64,000 nucleotides of DNA from Chiloscyllium plagiosum (Eukaryota), in the NCBI RefSeq assembly GCF_004010195.1, contig NC_057725.1, forward strand, positions 31,159,104-31,223,103. The letters are read 5' to 3'. Position 1 is the stretch's first letter; every line of letters begins with the position of its first letter. The notes beneath the pieces are model-generated. The model was not told the origin of the DNA, searched no databases, and was given only the letters and a program-made list of their open reading frames with translations. The position numbers were made by a program, and so were the translations under genes. Below, in pieces: positions 39,010 to 52,639 of this stretch.

Positions 39010-39560
39010 ATTAACAATTTGGATGAAGGAACTGAGGACATTGTTGCTAAGTTTGCAGATGATACAAAGATAGGTAAAGAAACAGATAGTGTTGGAGAAT
39101 CGGGGATGCTGCGTTAGGACTTGGAGGCTAGAAGCGGTCAAAGAAGTGGTAGATGGAATGTAATGGGATAGTGTGAGGTTATACATTTTGGTAGGAAGAA
39201 TAGAGGTGTAGACTGTTTTCCAAATGGGGAAAGGCTTTGGAAGTGACTTTGAAATCCCCGTAAAGAATTCTGTTAAGGTTAACATTCAGGTTCAGTTGAC
39301 AATTAAGAAGACAATGTTAGCATTCATTTTGAGAGGACTAGGATACAAGAGTAGAGAGGCTGTATAAAGCTTGGTTAGAGCGCATTTGGCCTATTGTGTG
39401 TAGTTTTGGGCTCTGTACCTAAGGACATATGAGCAGGCCTTGGAGGGAGTCCAGAGGAAGTTCACAGAAATGATCCTGGGAATGCAGGGCTTGTCATATG
39501 AAGAGCGGTTCAGGAATCTGGGTCTGTACTCAATGGAATTTAGAAGGAGGGACATCTTAT
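39010..39560 (+). mobile_element. CR1 ORF2 fragment
   Basis: aagtttgcagatgatacaaagatagg (KFADDTKIG) and later LAYCV*FW remnants. Confidence 0.85.
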
Positions 39561-40559
39561 CTCTAAAGAGAAAATTTCCAGATTCTCCAGCCTTTCAATT
39601 CTTGGCAAGGGATTGAAAAAGGGATATCCTGGTAGACTAAAGTGAGTAATGATTTGGATTATAATCATCATTCATGTAAATCTGTTCAGCATTCTGCCAA
39701 TCTACTCCATAGCCCTGGGTCATCAGGATTTGATTGTTTGGTTCAGATTTGGTATTTGTAGCATGCTCTTCCTAGCATATATTATAGCATCTTGTATTCA
39801 GATGACTCACGTAATTTAGTAAGATGTCTCAAGGTTCTTAAGTGCAAAAGCAATTTTTTAAAAATCCGCAGTAGATGTGAGAACAGCTTTCTAAAAGCTT
39901 GATTTGGAGTGGTAGGTTTTAAGAAGCATCATAGAGGAAAAGGGAGGGTTGGAAAGGATTAAGGAGTGAATTCCAGATCTTGGGATTTTACTGGAAGCAC
40001 AACCATCAATAGTGGAAAGGTTGAAATCCGAGATGTCCAACAGGGCAGAATTGAGGGAGTGTAAAGATCTAAAACTCTTGAGCTTGAGCAAGTTAAGAGA
40101 GCGAGAGGCCAAGAATTTTGTAGTGGTGGGAGGAGTCTCACTGACAGCTCCAAAAGTGGGCAGTTTTGCATCAGTGATTAGTAGGATACCGGGTCATATC
40201 TGTCTAGTGGCAGCAATTAGATACAGTTGTCTGCTTTGCGAGATATTTGCAGATTAGAGGAGAGGCAGCTCAGCAGCCACAATGTTGCAATCTATGATAC
40301 ATTGCTACAGCTCTGAATTAACCAGAAGGAGTGGGATACAGTGATGGTAAAAAATTCTACCTGAGTAAGTATTTCTATGAATTTGGTTCAACATGGGAGC
40401 TCAATGCACAGAGTAAAAGAGATACATTAAGTTAGGTTTACTCCAAGTAATAAAGTCTCCAGAGTGAGAGGTGAACATACTTGTTAAATATATGATTAAT
40501 ACCAGTGTAAAAAGATGAAAAGACAGGAGATACTAGAGTAATTACTAGTAAATGAAGCT

Positions 40560-41930
40560 ATGGCAGAATGAGCGATGTATTGTTGCTACTACATTTGGGT
40601 ATTTCTGGACCCTAAAATTATTCAGGGCAAACATATAATAGGTTTTTGCAATTTGAGGAACTGGAGTATGAATTGCAAATGTTCCACCAAATCAGGAAAG
40701 GGGAAAGCTACTTGAATGCTGCTCCAGTAAGTGGTCACAACCCTCAGATTAGGTCATTCAAATTTGGTCCCTGATAAGGAACAGGAGAGTGCAACAGTAG
40801 ATGAGGCAGCTATGGGAACCCAGAGGTAATATTTGAAAATCCACAGGCCCCTGTAATTGACCAATCATGAAGTCTTACAAGTTGTGTGGGCGCTTGCAGG
40901 GAGGATGAGCAAACTGACCAGGAAGCCATTCTAGTGGGGGGACAAATAGAAACATAGTAGGGGTAAGGGAAAGTAGAATTTGTGGAATGGATACTGTTCT
41001 CCACAGGTATGATCATGAGTCCCGAAGGCTGTGTTGCCTGCCCTGTGCCAGGATTAAGGACATCTCTTCAGGGTTGGAGAAGAACTTGTAATCAGTGGGA
41101 AGGGATCCACTTATTGTTGTCCACGTCAGTACTAATGACCATGGAAAGGAGGTTCTCCTCTGGATTTGAACAATTAGGAGCTAAACTAAAAAGCAGAACC
41201 ACCAAGATAATAATCTCATAATTACTGCCTGAGTCATGAGCAAACTGCCACAGGATAAATAAAATCAAGGAGTCAAATATGTGACTCCAGAATTGGTGTG
41301 GGAGGAATGAGTTTCAATTCTTGGAGCACTGGCACCTTACTAGGGTACAAGGAGCTGACCTGGTTGGGTGGTCTGTACTTGAAACATGCTGGGATCAGTG
41401 TCCCAGGGAATCAAATAACTACTGCTGTAGACAGGGCTTTAAATTAAATAGAATGGAGGAAGGTTCTGGCAAGAGTTGTGTAAGCTTACAAACCAAAAGG
41501 ATATGGCATTATTGCAAAGCAGCTATTCAATAACCAAAGCAGGATGGAAGGGACAGATTGTACAATGTCAAGAAAAAGCACTTAGGATCAAAGGAGGGCA
41601 AATAGTAAAAAGGTAAAATTAATGGCTCTTTTCTTTAATGCGCATCATATAGATGAATAAAGGTTAATGGGTATGATCTACAGTAATTTTGGAGACATGG
41701 TTACAAGGAGATCAAAGCTGAAAACTGAACATTTAGAGCTATGACTTGACTTTTCAAAAAGACAGACAGAAAGCAAAGGATAGTGGGAGCGCTTTGCTAG
41801 CATGATCTGAAATAAGGTCAATAGCAAGAAATTATTTTGGATCAGAAGATGTAGCATTCACATGGGTGAGGGTAAGAAATAAGAGGTAGGAGACACTGGT
41901 GGGAGTAGTCTGTAGGTCCCTATAATCACA
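40560..41930 (+). mobile_element. 5' part of a CR1: ORF1 esterase-like remnant and start of the ORF2 endonuclease
   Basis: LCCLPCARIKDISSGLE, VVHVSTND, LGAKLKSRTTKIIIS, then LFFNAH and ETWLQG remnants. Confidence 0.75.
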
Positions 41931-42689
41931 GAATCCGTACAGCAGAGAATGGAAAAGAGAATAAAAGACAGTGTTTCATTGAAAAATGGGGAAATTGTGT
42001 GCTGGAGGCATTTTTAACCATAGAGCTCTAAATACCTTATGATATGTTATAGACGTATGTAAGTTCAATATGTTGTAAAAAGACAAGGAATAACAGTCAA
42101 AGCCAAATCCAGTTTTAATACGCTGCATGTTTTATCTGTTCATGTTCTAAGTCATATATCATTGGTAATCCTCAAAATTATAGTTTTGAGTAAATTGACA
42201 TTACAAAGAAAGAAAGTGTACTTTAAAAGTACCTTTCATGACTTGGGGCTGTCAGAAAATGCTTTGTAACCAATTAAATAATTTTGAGGCATTGAAGTCT
42301 AATCACTGTTATAATTCAATAAGTGGAGCATGTACTGACTTATGAACAACCAATTTCCTCACTCAGGCAGGTTAATAGAGGCAGTGCATCAGCACTTTTA
42401 GACACATTGCTGATTAAAATGACCATTTCCTGAAAATGAACATTATGGAAGGGAGAAAAAGCCTCTGACCAGACCAAAAGGAGCATTCAGTACAGAGCAA
42501 ATCATAAATGAATATTCATACTATCTGTTTAATCACAATTCAAAATGGGGATGAGGAGTGATTCTATGCTTTCCGTTCAATTATTCTCACTACAAGCCTG
42601 TTATTGGGAGATTCTGGTAACATGCCATTGAGAGATAATACTAATGGTCAGTGTTGAGGGCTTCTCCAATATGATGCAGTGGGGATGCA

Positions 42690-43080
42690 TCCATACCTAA
42701 TCCATTGTGTATCCCTGTGGCTCCATTTGTAGCTAGCTCATATCCAAAGGCTGAGCCTAAGACTTGAGCACAAAATTCAAGGTTTACTATCTGATGAAGT
42801 ATTGATTGCCAGTTATGCCATCTTTTAGATGATACTATAAACCTAGGCCTCAAGTGCCCTTCCCAGCAGATATAATTATACTAGTTTGAAGAAATTCCTT
42901 GTGTTCTGAGGCCAATATTCATCTTCCAGTCAACATCACAAAAACACTTTTTGACCCTTTTATTGCTTTGCTGTTTGTGAGAGCTTGCAGTTTGGTTGCT
43001 CTAGTTCCTACATTACACTTGATACATGCACTTCCTTAGCTGTAAAGTGCTTTAAGACATCTGTTGATTGTGAAAGGCAT
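42690..43080 (+). mobile_element. Deu-domain SINE (other copies at about 3020-3260 +, 46200-46370 -, 52030-52310 -)
   Basis: gccaatattcatcttccagtcaacatcacaaaaac...tgctgtttgtgagagcttgc...ttcctacattaca. Confidence 0.7.
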
Positions 43081-44124
43081 ACTGTTCCTGTTCCATTTTT
43101 CTTTCAAATAAAACTGAATTTGTTTGCCTGTTTAATTTGAGTACAAACATATTTATAACTGTAAATATTTAGTGTTTGTGTATAAAACTTTGAAAATGAC
43201 AAATTATATGTTGATAAAACAACCGTATACTTTTATTAATAGATACTGTTGCTGTATAATTGATCTTTAATCAAAACTGTTGGTCCATAGCTTAAGTCAA
43301 GAAAATAATACAACTTTTTTGTAAGTAAGTCTTTTGTGGCATTGCAAATAGGAAAAACAATTGTATAAATCTAAAATAATGTTTTCAATTGAAGTTCACT
43401 AACATTCTGAAAAAAGACTAAGTTTTACCAAGCTAACCAATACATTGACTGGCATTGATATTGGAAGCATTGAGTGCTGGTAAAAGTCAGCTTGAGATTT
43501 CAATTTGTTTGACTGCTTTTCTGGATTTTGCAGAATTGGGTAGACACATGCCTTAGCCAAAATGACACTGAGACCCCAGAGCCACATGTACTGCCTATAA
43601 TTCTAGATAATATTTTCACTGTTGATTTAAATGTATTGAATCCACTATAGCAATGCGAGTTTGTATTATATATATCAAAGTGTCCAGTAGATACTTGAAA
43701 CTTTATTTTCTCACAGCAAGCCCATTTAGGGTTATCCATGGTGGATAATGGTGAGTTGATGAAGACCCCAGAGACTACAATGACAAACACAGCCTGGTTG
43801 ATCCTACAATGTCCTCCTTACCAACATTTAGGGCTAATGGAAATATATCTCAGACAGTCAAGCAACGGCCTGACATAGCCAAAGTCATAGATTTATATCT
43901 TACACACAAAATCCCAGATGACATCATCACTATCCGAGGAGGTGGTGTAGATTTGGGAGGGAGCTTCCTTAGGAGCCATCAGCCTTTGATGAAGTGCATT
44001 GGAATCAGGTAAGACATGGGCAAGAAAACCTTGAATGCTAATTATCAAGTTACCCTTGCCCCACCCCAAAGTTAGATGGGTGCAGCTCCAACAACACTCT
44101 AGAAGCTTGACACCATCCAATCTA

Positions 44125-44760
44125 ATTAAATTAAATCTTTCCACTCTCACCTTAAACCTATGCTCTCTAGTTTTGAATTTCCCCACCCTGGGAAAAGACC
44201 TTGTCTAATTACCCTATCCATGCCGCTCATGATTTTATAAAATCTCTACAAGGTCATTCCTCAGCCTCCGATGCTTAAGTGAAAATAGCCTCAGGCTGTT
44301 CAGCCTGTCTGTACAGCTCTAACCCTCCAACCCTGGCAATATTCTTGTAAATCTTTTCTTAATTCTTTTAAGTTTCATAACATCCTTCCAATAGCAGGGA
44401 AACCAGAATTGCACGCAGTATTCCAATAGTAGCCTAACCAATAGCCGCAACATGAATTACCAACTCCAAACTCAAATGCATTATCCAATAAAGACAAGCA
44501 TATCATACCCTGCACTCCAAGGTCTCTTTGTTCAGCAACACTCCCAGGACCTTATCATTAAGTGTGTAAGTCCTGCCCTGATTTCCAAAATGCAGCACTT
44601 TACACTTATCTAAATTAAAATCTATCTGCCTCTCCTCGGCCCATTGGCCTATCTGATCATGATCTTGTTGTACTTTAAGGTAACCTTCTTCGCTGTCCAT
44701 TATACCTCCAATTTTGGTGTCATCTGCAAACTTACTAACATACCCCAAAATTCACATTCA
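44125..44760 (-). mobile_element. CR1 ORF2 fragment inserted in an older LINE endonuclease remnant (about 43800-44980)
   Basis: SKFADDTKIGG...FNLDKCKVLHFG; flanking + strand PDIAKVIDLYLTHKIPDDIITI. Confidence 0.85.
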
Positions 44761-47284
44761 TGACAGTATTGGTAAGAGAGACCACCAAACAGTCCTTGTG
44801 GAGACAAAATCTTATCTTCACATTGAGTATATCCTCCACTGAGTTTTGTGGCACTATCATAGTGCTAAATGGATAGACTTTGAATAGATTTAGCAACTGA
44901 AGAATGGACATTCATAGGCACTGTGGATCATCAGCAGCAGCCAAATTGTATTCCCAATACAATCTGAAAAGTCATGGCCTGATACATGGAGTGACATCCT
45001 GTGAGTGAATTTTTTTTAAAAAAGTATTGGCTGGCAGGGCATGAGTTGGTCTGAGGCTATAAGGGAATAGGGATGAGGGGAGGCTCCTGAGCTTTACCCA
45101 TGTAGCATAGTGGGTGAATTGTCAGAAGAGGGACAATGGAATAAATTGGCATAATAACATTAAGGAGCTATGTGATGACTGAGGTTGATATGAGTTGGTA
45201 TGAAGTCTGCTGAGAAGTTATAAGGAGCGTGGGATGGGGGTGCTGGAATGTATTCTTCTGGAGGATGGGAGGTGCCATGTGTAGGTAGGGGACATGGGTA
45301 GATCACTGTGGATTGGTATGGATGCAACGAGAGACAATTAAAGGTGAATAAAGGAGTTTGAGTTGGCCTGATGGAGAGGTGTATGGGAAGTGGGGATTGG
45401 TGAGGTGGTATGATAGATTGAAGACTAGCAGGTCTAACTGTTTATATTGGGTCCAAGTCTCAGAGCACTGAAGTCGGTCTTTAAAACAGCTGCCTCATAG
45501 AAACATGAACAAATGGCTTACTCCTGCCTACTTTCTATCAGAGGAGAGGAGTCAGCCTCTGAACTGTTTCTGGGTTATTGTGCTCAACTCAAGAATGCCT
45601 TCCTCTCCTCAACAAAAATGTAGCAGCTTGCTTTTGTTTCTTCTGATGTGAATGCACTAGATTAGGAATTTTCTGGATTTTGTGCACCCAACTTGGGAGC
45701 AAATGTTCAGACCCTTGATTACCCCAGTTTATTTGGAAAGCCTATTTATTTTCTTTCTCCCAATGTAGTTGTGAAAATTAGTTTGTAAAAACTACTGGTG
45801 TGAAAGATATTCCTTGTGCAGTTTTACACAGGCACGTGGCTTTGAAGACGTGATTGTCTCTATTACCATGTGAGACAACGTGGAGAGCAGGATCTTTTTC
45901 ACTTGGTGACTTTTCTTAACATTGATTGTGTTAGTGAGAAAGCTGCTACTGTTGCTTGTATGCTCAGTGTGTGTGATAATTTATGCATTGTACGAACCTC
46001 ATGACACCTCTATTTTAAACTTCTCACCCGCATATTCACATTTCTCTGTGGCCTTACCCTGCTTTATCTTTGTATCTGCTGCTATTCTTCAGATTTCTGC
46101 ATTTCTCCAATTCAGTAGTGCGATAAATGAAATATCAACTTGTTATCGGCCACTTCTCACCAACAACAATGAGATAATGACCATCAGTTCTAGTGATATT
46201 GATTAAGGGATGAATATTGGCCAAGATGGGAGAGAGGTCCCCTGTACTTTACAAAAGTGCTATTGGAACTTTCATGTCCACCAAAGGGTTTGATGGGACC
46301 TCCTTTAATCTTCTCTACTTAAAAAGGCAGTCCAAAAGTACAGCACTCCTTTAGTTTTGCACTGGAGAACTACTAGAAAGTTGCTGAATGATAACTAGTT
46401 CAAAACAATCCTTCAAAAGGCGATGGTGAAGAGTTGAAGCTTCATGAGAAACAGATGCTATTGAAATTGTTAATTACGTTAATTTGCCCTTCCATCTGGA
46501 AACTGTATTTGATAACTGTAATAGTTCTAAGTTACTCAAGTTGAACATGAAGTAAGCATCAATACAAAAGCAAAAATGTGTGCTAGGGTGAAATTCTATG
46601 GCTTGGCTGTTTGGGTTTCTTGCTGCATGTACACAAATTTAATATCCATTAATGAACTGTTTTATTGGGAAAACCAACAGAGATATTGGCAGATCCAGGC
46701 TCCACTAACAACCGTATGTGTAAATTTAGTGCCTCATCTCCTACAATGAGTGCTGTGCTCTTGGGCAGAATAGGCAACTTTACATCTATCTTTCATAAAA
46801 CTTTCCAGTCACTGAGGATTTCCTCTCCTCATGTCTGAGTCTGTGTGGATTAATTAATAGAGATTAATTGCTGTTTTAGTCAAATTTTCCAATGTCATTA
46901 ATTCATATTATCAGAATGGTGTAAAATGAATGATATAGAAACATGGACAGATGGCTTACTTCTGCCTACTTTCTATCAGGCCTGTTCTGTTATTCAATAT
47001 GATTGTGGTTGATTTTCTATCTCAATGTCATATTCCAACTTACTCTCCATACCTTTTGATGCCTTTAATATCTAAAAATTGATTAACCTTTTCCTTGAAA
47101 GTATGCAGTGTCCAGGCCTCTAGACCCCTCTGTGGGAGCAAATTTCACAAGTTGACAGCTCTCTAAGAAATGTTTCCTTATCTCTGTTCTAAATGGTCCA
47201 ACTCATATCTTGAAACTGTGACCTTGCTTGTAGGTGAACTTCTATTCATTTAGGTCAAGCAATCCCTGTGTTCCTGATGCCAGT

Positions 47285-48800
47285 GCAACATTTGACAAGG
47301 CACCACATAAATGACTTATCCAAAAGGTTAGACCTGCGGAGGTTAAGGGTCGCGTATTGGCTTGGATAGAGGATTGACTGTCTGACAGAAGAATGGGTTC
47401 TTCTCTGGATGGCAAACTGTAGCTAATTGGGTGCTGCAAGGTACAGTTCTTGGACCTCAATTATTTACAATCTATGTAAATGATCTGCAAACAGGAACAG
47501 CGTTTAATAGCAAAATTCATGGATCATACTAAAATAATTGGGAAAGCAGGCTGTGATGAGGAGACAGAGTTTACAGGTGGATATTGATAGGCTTGTAGAG
47601 TGTGCCAGAATCTGGCAGATGGAGTTTAATGTGGATAACTGCGACATTATCCATTTTGGCCAGAAAAATAAAAGGACAAATTATTATTTAAATGGAAAGT
47701 AGATTCAAAGTGTGTCAGTGCAGAGGGATCTGGGTGTCTTTGTGCATGAACCACAGAAAGCGAACAACCCCAATTATCCAAACGACACAGACAGGGAGTA
47801 TTTTGTTCGGATAACTGATCTGAGGGCCGTGGGGTGCGGGTGTGAGACCAGGTTGCAGTTCCTCTGGTGACCGATGGTGTCATGCATTCCCCTTGCTACA
47901 GGCATACTGTGGGCCCAGATCCAGCTTCTCTTGATTAGTAAGTTCTCTTATTTAAGCTTTTATGTAAAATATAGCTATTATGTTACAACAGAGGATCTTA
48001 TTTCAAATAGAGTCTCGTACTTAAGTGATACAACTTAAGGTGGAACAGGAGATTTTTGCGCCCTCAGGTCTCCGGCTTTGTCGTTGTCACAGTTTACCCA
48101 AACATCAGGACCTTGATCTTGTTTGGATAATCCAAAATTCAGATTATCGAACTCCAGACAACAGAGATTGCTCTGTTTAGAGTATAATAAGAGGAGCAAA
48201 TGGAATCCTGGCATTTATTTCAAAATTACTAGTTTGTAACAGTAAAGAAGCATCCTTACAATTATATTAAGGTTTTGGTGAGACCAACCCTGAAATCTTG
48301 TCCAATTTTGGCGTCCTTACTTAAGGAAGGATGTGACACTGGAAGCAATTCAGAGGCAGTTCATGAGGTAGATTCCAGGGATGAGGGTTGTCATTGGAGA
48401 CATGTTTGGACTTGTACTCACTGGAATTCAGAAAAATGAGAGGGGATCTGATTGAGGTATATAAAATATTTAACTGGATTGATAAGGTGGATGTTGAACA
48501 GACATTCCCCTCATTGCACTGTCTTGAACAAGAAGTCATAGATGTAGAGTAAGAGGAGGTAGATTCAAAACTAAGATAAGGAGAAACTACTTCTGTGGAT
48601 CTGTGGAACTCTGCCCCAATCAACAGATTTAAAAAAATACATGTTTCTGAAGATAAATGAGATAAAGGGCTACAGGGAACCAGCAGGAAAGTGGGGTTGA
48701 GAGCAGGATAAGATCAGCCATGATTATGTTAAATGGTGGAGTGGGCTTGAAAGGCTGAATTGCCTACTCCCGCTCCTAATTTCTAATTTCCTATTATGGA
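47285..48800 (+). mobile_element. CR1 ORF2 fragment carrying a Tigger-like insertion (about 47755-48175)
   Basis: FDKAPH, WIEDxL, QGTVLGP, QRDLGVFVH motifs; the insert shares ends and aacatcaggacctt with the 32964 MITE. Confidence 0.8.
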
Positions 48801-49538
48801 TCAGGGCTACAATCTGTTTGGTTTTGTATCATGAATCGATTTCATGGTGGCTTATAATATTGGGACACGGAAAAGTAGCAATTATGGCAATATTTTCAGT
48901 TAAAAGCAATACCTTAGCTACATTTGTCATTTTTGTTGTTGTTCTTTTGACAAATTTACATTTTTGGAAAGGAAGTAATCAGAATTTAATTGGCATTTTA
49001 TTAATAAAAATTGATATTTATAATCTCTAATATCTGAAATAGAGACAGTTAGGGTTGTCATAATGGAAATTATATCTGTACATTGATATTATCAGGCTAC
49101 TGTATAACCTTTCAGTTACTTCCTGGCTTTACTTTTTGACGTGTTATCAGGATTTATAAAAGTTGACCATATTACATCAGATTGAATTTGCATTATCATC
49201 TGATTTTTATAGAATAAAAGTTACTCTGCAAAAGTTCCTTTCCATGCTGTCATTTGTATTAGAATCTAAATAATACAAGTGATTTTTTTTTTTAAAATGT
49301 AAAAGAAATTGACCGAGTCATGTATTTGTCTCGTAAATGTGATTTCTTGCAAAGAAGCATCATGGGGCTGATTGTAGTAAGTTAACATATTTCATGTATG
49401 CAAAACAAGTCAAGTTGCGTCATTTTCAAGTTTTACTTGTCACATTGGTTTGTAATTTTAGATCTGAAGTAAATTAGATAAATGGAGTTAAAAATCACAC
49501 AACACCAGGTTATAGTCCAACAGGTTTAATTGGAAGCA

Positions 49539-49573
49539 CACTAGCTTTCGGAGCGCCGCTCCTTCATCAGGTG
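49539..49573 (-). ncRNA. Minimal hammerhead ribozyme motif
   Basis: CAC-CTGATGA-A-GGAGC ggc GCTCC-GAAA-GC-TA-GTG on the minus strand. Confidence 0.6.
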
Positions 49574-50397
49574 GTTGTGGAGGACACAATTGTAAAGCAC
49601 AGAATATATAGCAAGAATTTACAGTGTGATGTAACTGAAATTGTAATTGTTGAGTCTTTCATCTGTTCGAATACCATGATAGTTTCACTTTTTTCATGTG
49701 TAAATCACAAAACCTTTTTTTAAAAGTTGCATTCTCAGGTTAACTGTAACAATTGGTGTTAGCCCCCGTGCTCTCTGTCTATGCCATGATGTTTAGATAA
49801 AGTGAGATAACAGAGTTTTAGATGTATTCATGCAGTTTTTGAGCAAAGTACAATGTAACTCTGCAAGTACAAATTCACCCCACAAAATATATGTGTGTAT
49901 GTGGGTCTTTGTGTGTGTGTCTGTCTGTCTGGGTTGGGGATTGTGAATGTAAGAGAGAGTGTGTGCATGAGTGTAGAGTGGTCTGAGTCTCTGAGAGGAT
50001 GCATGTGGGAGTGTGGAGTGTGGGTGTGCATAGGAGTAGGAGTGTTTGTGTGTGTGTATAGTGCAATGGTGGTCACCTGTAGTGTGACATGAACCCAAGG
50101 TCCTGGTTGAGGCCCTCCCTAAGGGTATGGAACTTAGCTATCAGCCTCTGCTTGGCCAGTTTTCGCTGCTGCCTATGCCAAAGTCCTACTTGGAGGATGG
50201 TCACCCGAAGGTCCGAGGTCAAATGTCCTGGACCGCTGAGGTGTTCCCCAACTGGGAGGGAACACTCCTGTCTGTTGATTATTGTGCGGTGCCCATTCAT
50301 CCGTTGCCATAGCTTTTGCTCGGTTTCCCCAATATACCATGCCTCAGGGCATCCTTGCCTCCACCGTATAAGATAGACAATGTTGGCTGAGTCACAT

Positions 50398-50398
<1 letters not shown>

Positions 50399-50428
<30 letters not shown>
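50399..50428 (+). repeat. (AC)15 microsatellite at the Penelope inversion junction
   Basis: Direct reading. Confidence 0.95.
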
Positions 50429-50430
<2 letters not shown>

Positions 50431-52639
50431 CCATAGACTTAAGACACTCTACACTCACTACACACACATATACACTCACTCTCACACCCACAGCCCCCAA
50501 CACAGAGACACACAAAGACCCACATGCACACACATTTTGTGAGTTGAATTTGAACTTGCAGAGTTACATTGTACTTTGCTCAAAAACTGCATGCATTCAT
50601 GTAAAACTCTGTTATATCACTTTTTAGATTAGAATCAATCTAAACATCATGGTATAGACAAAGAACACAGGGGGCTAACACCTTCAACATATTGTCTAGC
50701 TAACCCCAATTATTATAGTTAACCTGAGAATGTAATTTTTAAAAAGGTTTTGTGATTTACACATGAAAGAAGTGAAACTATCATGGTATTCGAACAGATG
50801 AAAGACTCAACAGACAATCAAGGTATTTTTCAATGTACAATTTCAGTTACATCACACTGTAAATTTTTGGTATAAATTCTGTGCCTTACAATTGTGTCCT
50901 CCACAACCACCTAATGAAGGAGCGGCGCTCCGAAAGCTAGTGTGCTTCCAATTAAACCTGTTGGACTATAACGTGGTGTTGTGTGAGTTTTAACTTTGTA
51001 CACCCCAGTCTAACACTGGCATCTCCAAATCATGATTATTGACTCAATTATTCTAGAGAATGTCTGCTTATGTAGGACACAAAGGTCTTGTTAGTGATAG
51101 TGCCTAACTCAATGGCAAAACAAAATCGGTAATAGTAACAAAACGTGGAAGTCTGTTGAGGGCAGACTTTAATTTGATCCTCTGGTAGGGAGTTTGGTAC
51201 TTTAAAGTAAGGATTCCTTGGTCATCGAGCGATCTCATTTGTCAGCGGCAACGTTTTGGATAAAATCGTTTGCACTAAGTACCATAAATTTGTTGCAGTG
51301 GGCTGGATCTTTTCAGTCTTGTCATTACTGTGTGTTTTACTTTTCCATTGTTTAGCAGGATGAAAATGACACTTCACTCTTAAATTGAATACTGGGGCCA
51401 AAAAGCAAGTTTGAAGTAGATTTCTGCAGATTACGTCTGTAACTGGGGAGATGTGGTTGTGATGAGAGATGTGAATTGCTTGCATTGTGTTCATTGGCTC
51501 AAGAAAGTTAAAGGAAATCCTGTAGAGGTATTCAAAATTACAAGCGGATAACCAGAATAAGATTATTTCTATCAGGCAAAGCAATGCTAGCAAGCAGGTA
51601 AATTTGGGCTAAATGCTAGAAGCAGAAAGATGGAGGTTATAGGAATTATTTGCATGCCAAGTTATTGGAATGTGAAGGCAGTAGTTTGGGCAGCATTTAT
51701 ATGCTAATGAACAAATACACAACTAGTTTAATTTATCTCATCTGTGCAGAAGCTGACATTGTTGGAGTCTTTGAAACAAGTTGATTTTGTACAGAGATGA
51801 GAGGTACATCTGAGATCTCTCTGGGAGACTGTGTCTCCATTGTGGGAGGTTGACAGAACCCTGAGGAGCAGTGTAACACTTGTTTATAACACAGCTGATT
51901 TCCCAACAAAACTCCGATTCAGGGGAAATTTTAATTAAATGACATAGATTTTTATACAGTCCTTCACAAATTCATATATGACAAAGCAATTTATAACTAT
52001 CAAGAGATAGTTCTCTTGTTTTGAAATGATGTAATTTTTGTAAAGTAGGAAATGCAGCAGTCAAACCGCGTTGTAATAATAATCAGGTATATCGACCACT
52101 TTTAATGAGATTTGTTGAAGGATAAATATTGACCAAGACACTTGGGAGAGTAAAGCTATTCTTCAAAATAGTGCCATAGAATCTTTTATTTCCACTTGGA
52201 GAGGGCATTTTAGTCTTGATTTAATGACCATTTAAAACATGGCATCTACAGCACTTCCTCAACGTTGAATGTGTTAGCCTGAATTATGTGTTCAAGTCAT
52301 TGAAATTCAATTTGACATCACAAACTAGACCTTTTACATTGATGTCTTGACACCAACTACTTGGTCGCAGGATATACAATATGTACTGAAGTGTAAAAGG
52401 ATACATACTTTGTATTCTGGACAGCTTAACATTTACAATGACCGGTTTAAGTGATATGCTTCAATATGTATCTCCAAATGTGAGTTTGGCAATACTTGAG
52501 ATCTATTTTGACTTAAAATTAAGTTTATAACAAAGTCATGCATTGAAATGACTATTAGTATTGATTGGCACCACATTGTCGGTACACTGAAACTGTGGCC
52601 CTGTTGCAGTTCCTTTTTTCCTGTCATTTTAATGTTCTG

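Larger units (their letters stand above)
49487..51035. mobile_element. Penelope-like element (family B): GIY-YIG fragment flanked by long inverted copies of 3'UTR/pLTR
   Basis: Minus ORF 50073-50398 NIVYLIR...WYIGET...RMNGHR...GLNQD; 49487-50065 is mirrored at about 50400-50995. Confidence 0.92.

Noticed and set aside
43717-43750. 34-nt micro-exon with good acceptor and donor (…ATG GTG GAT AAT G|gtgagt)
   Set aside because: Phase 1 is incompatible with the phase 0 exon at 54733, and it abuts a LINE remnant. It could still be a UTR exon but is unsupported.
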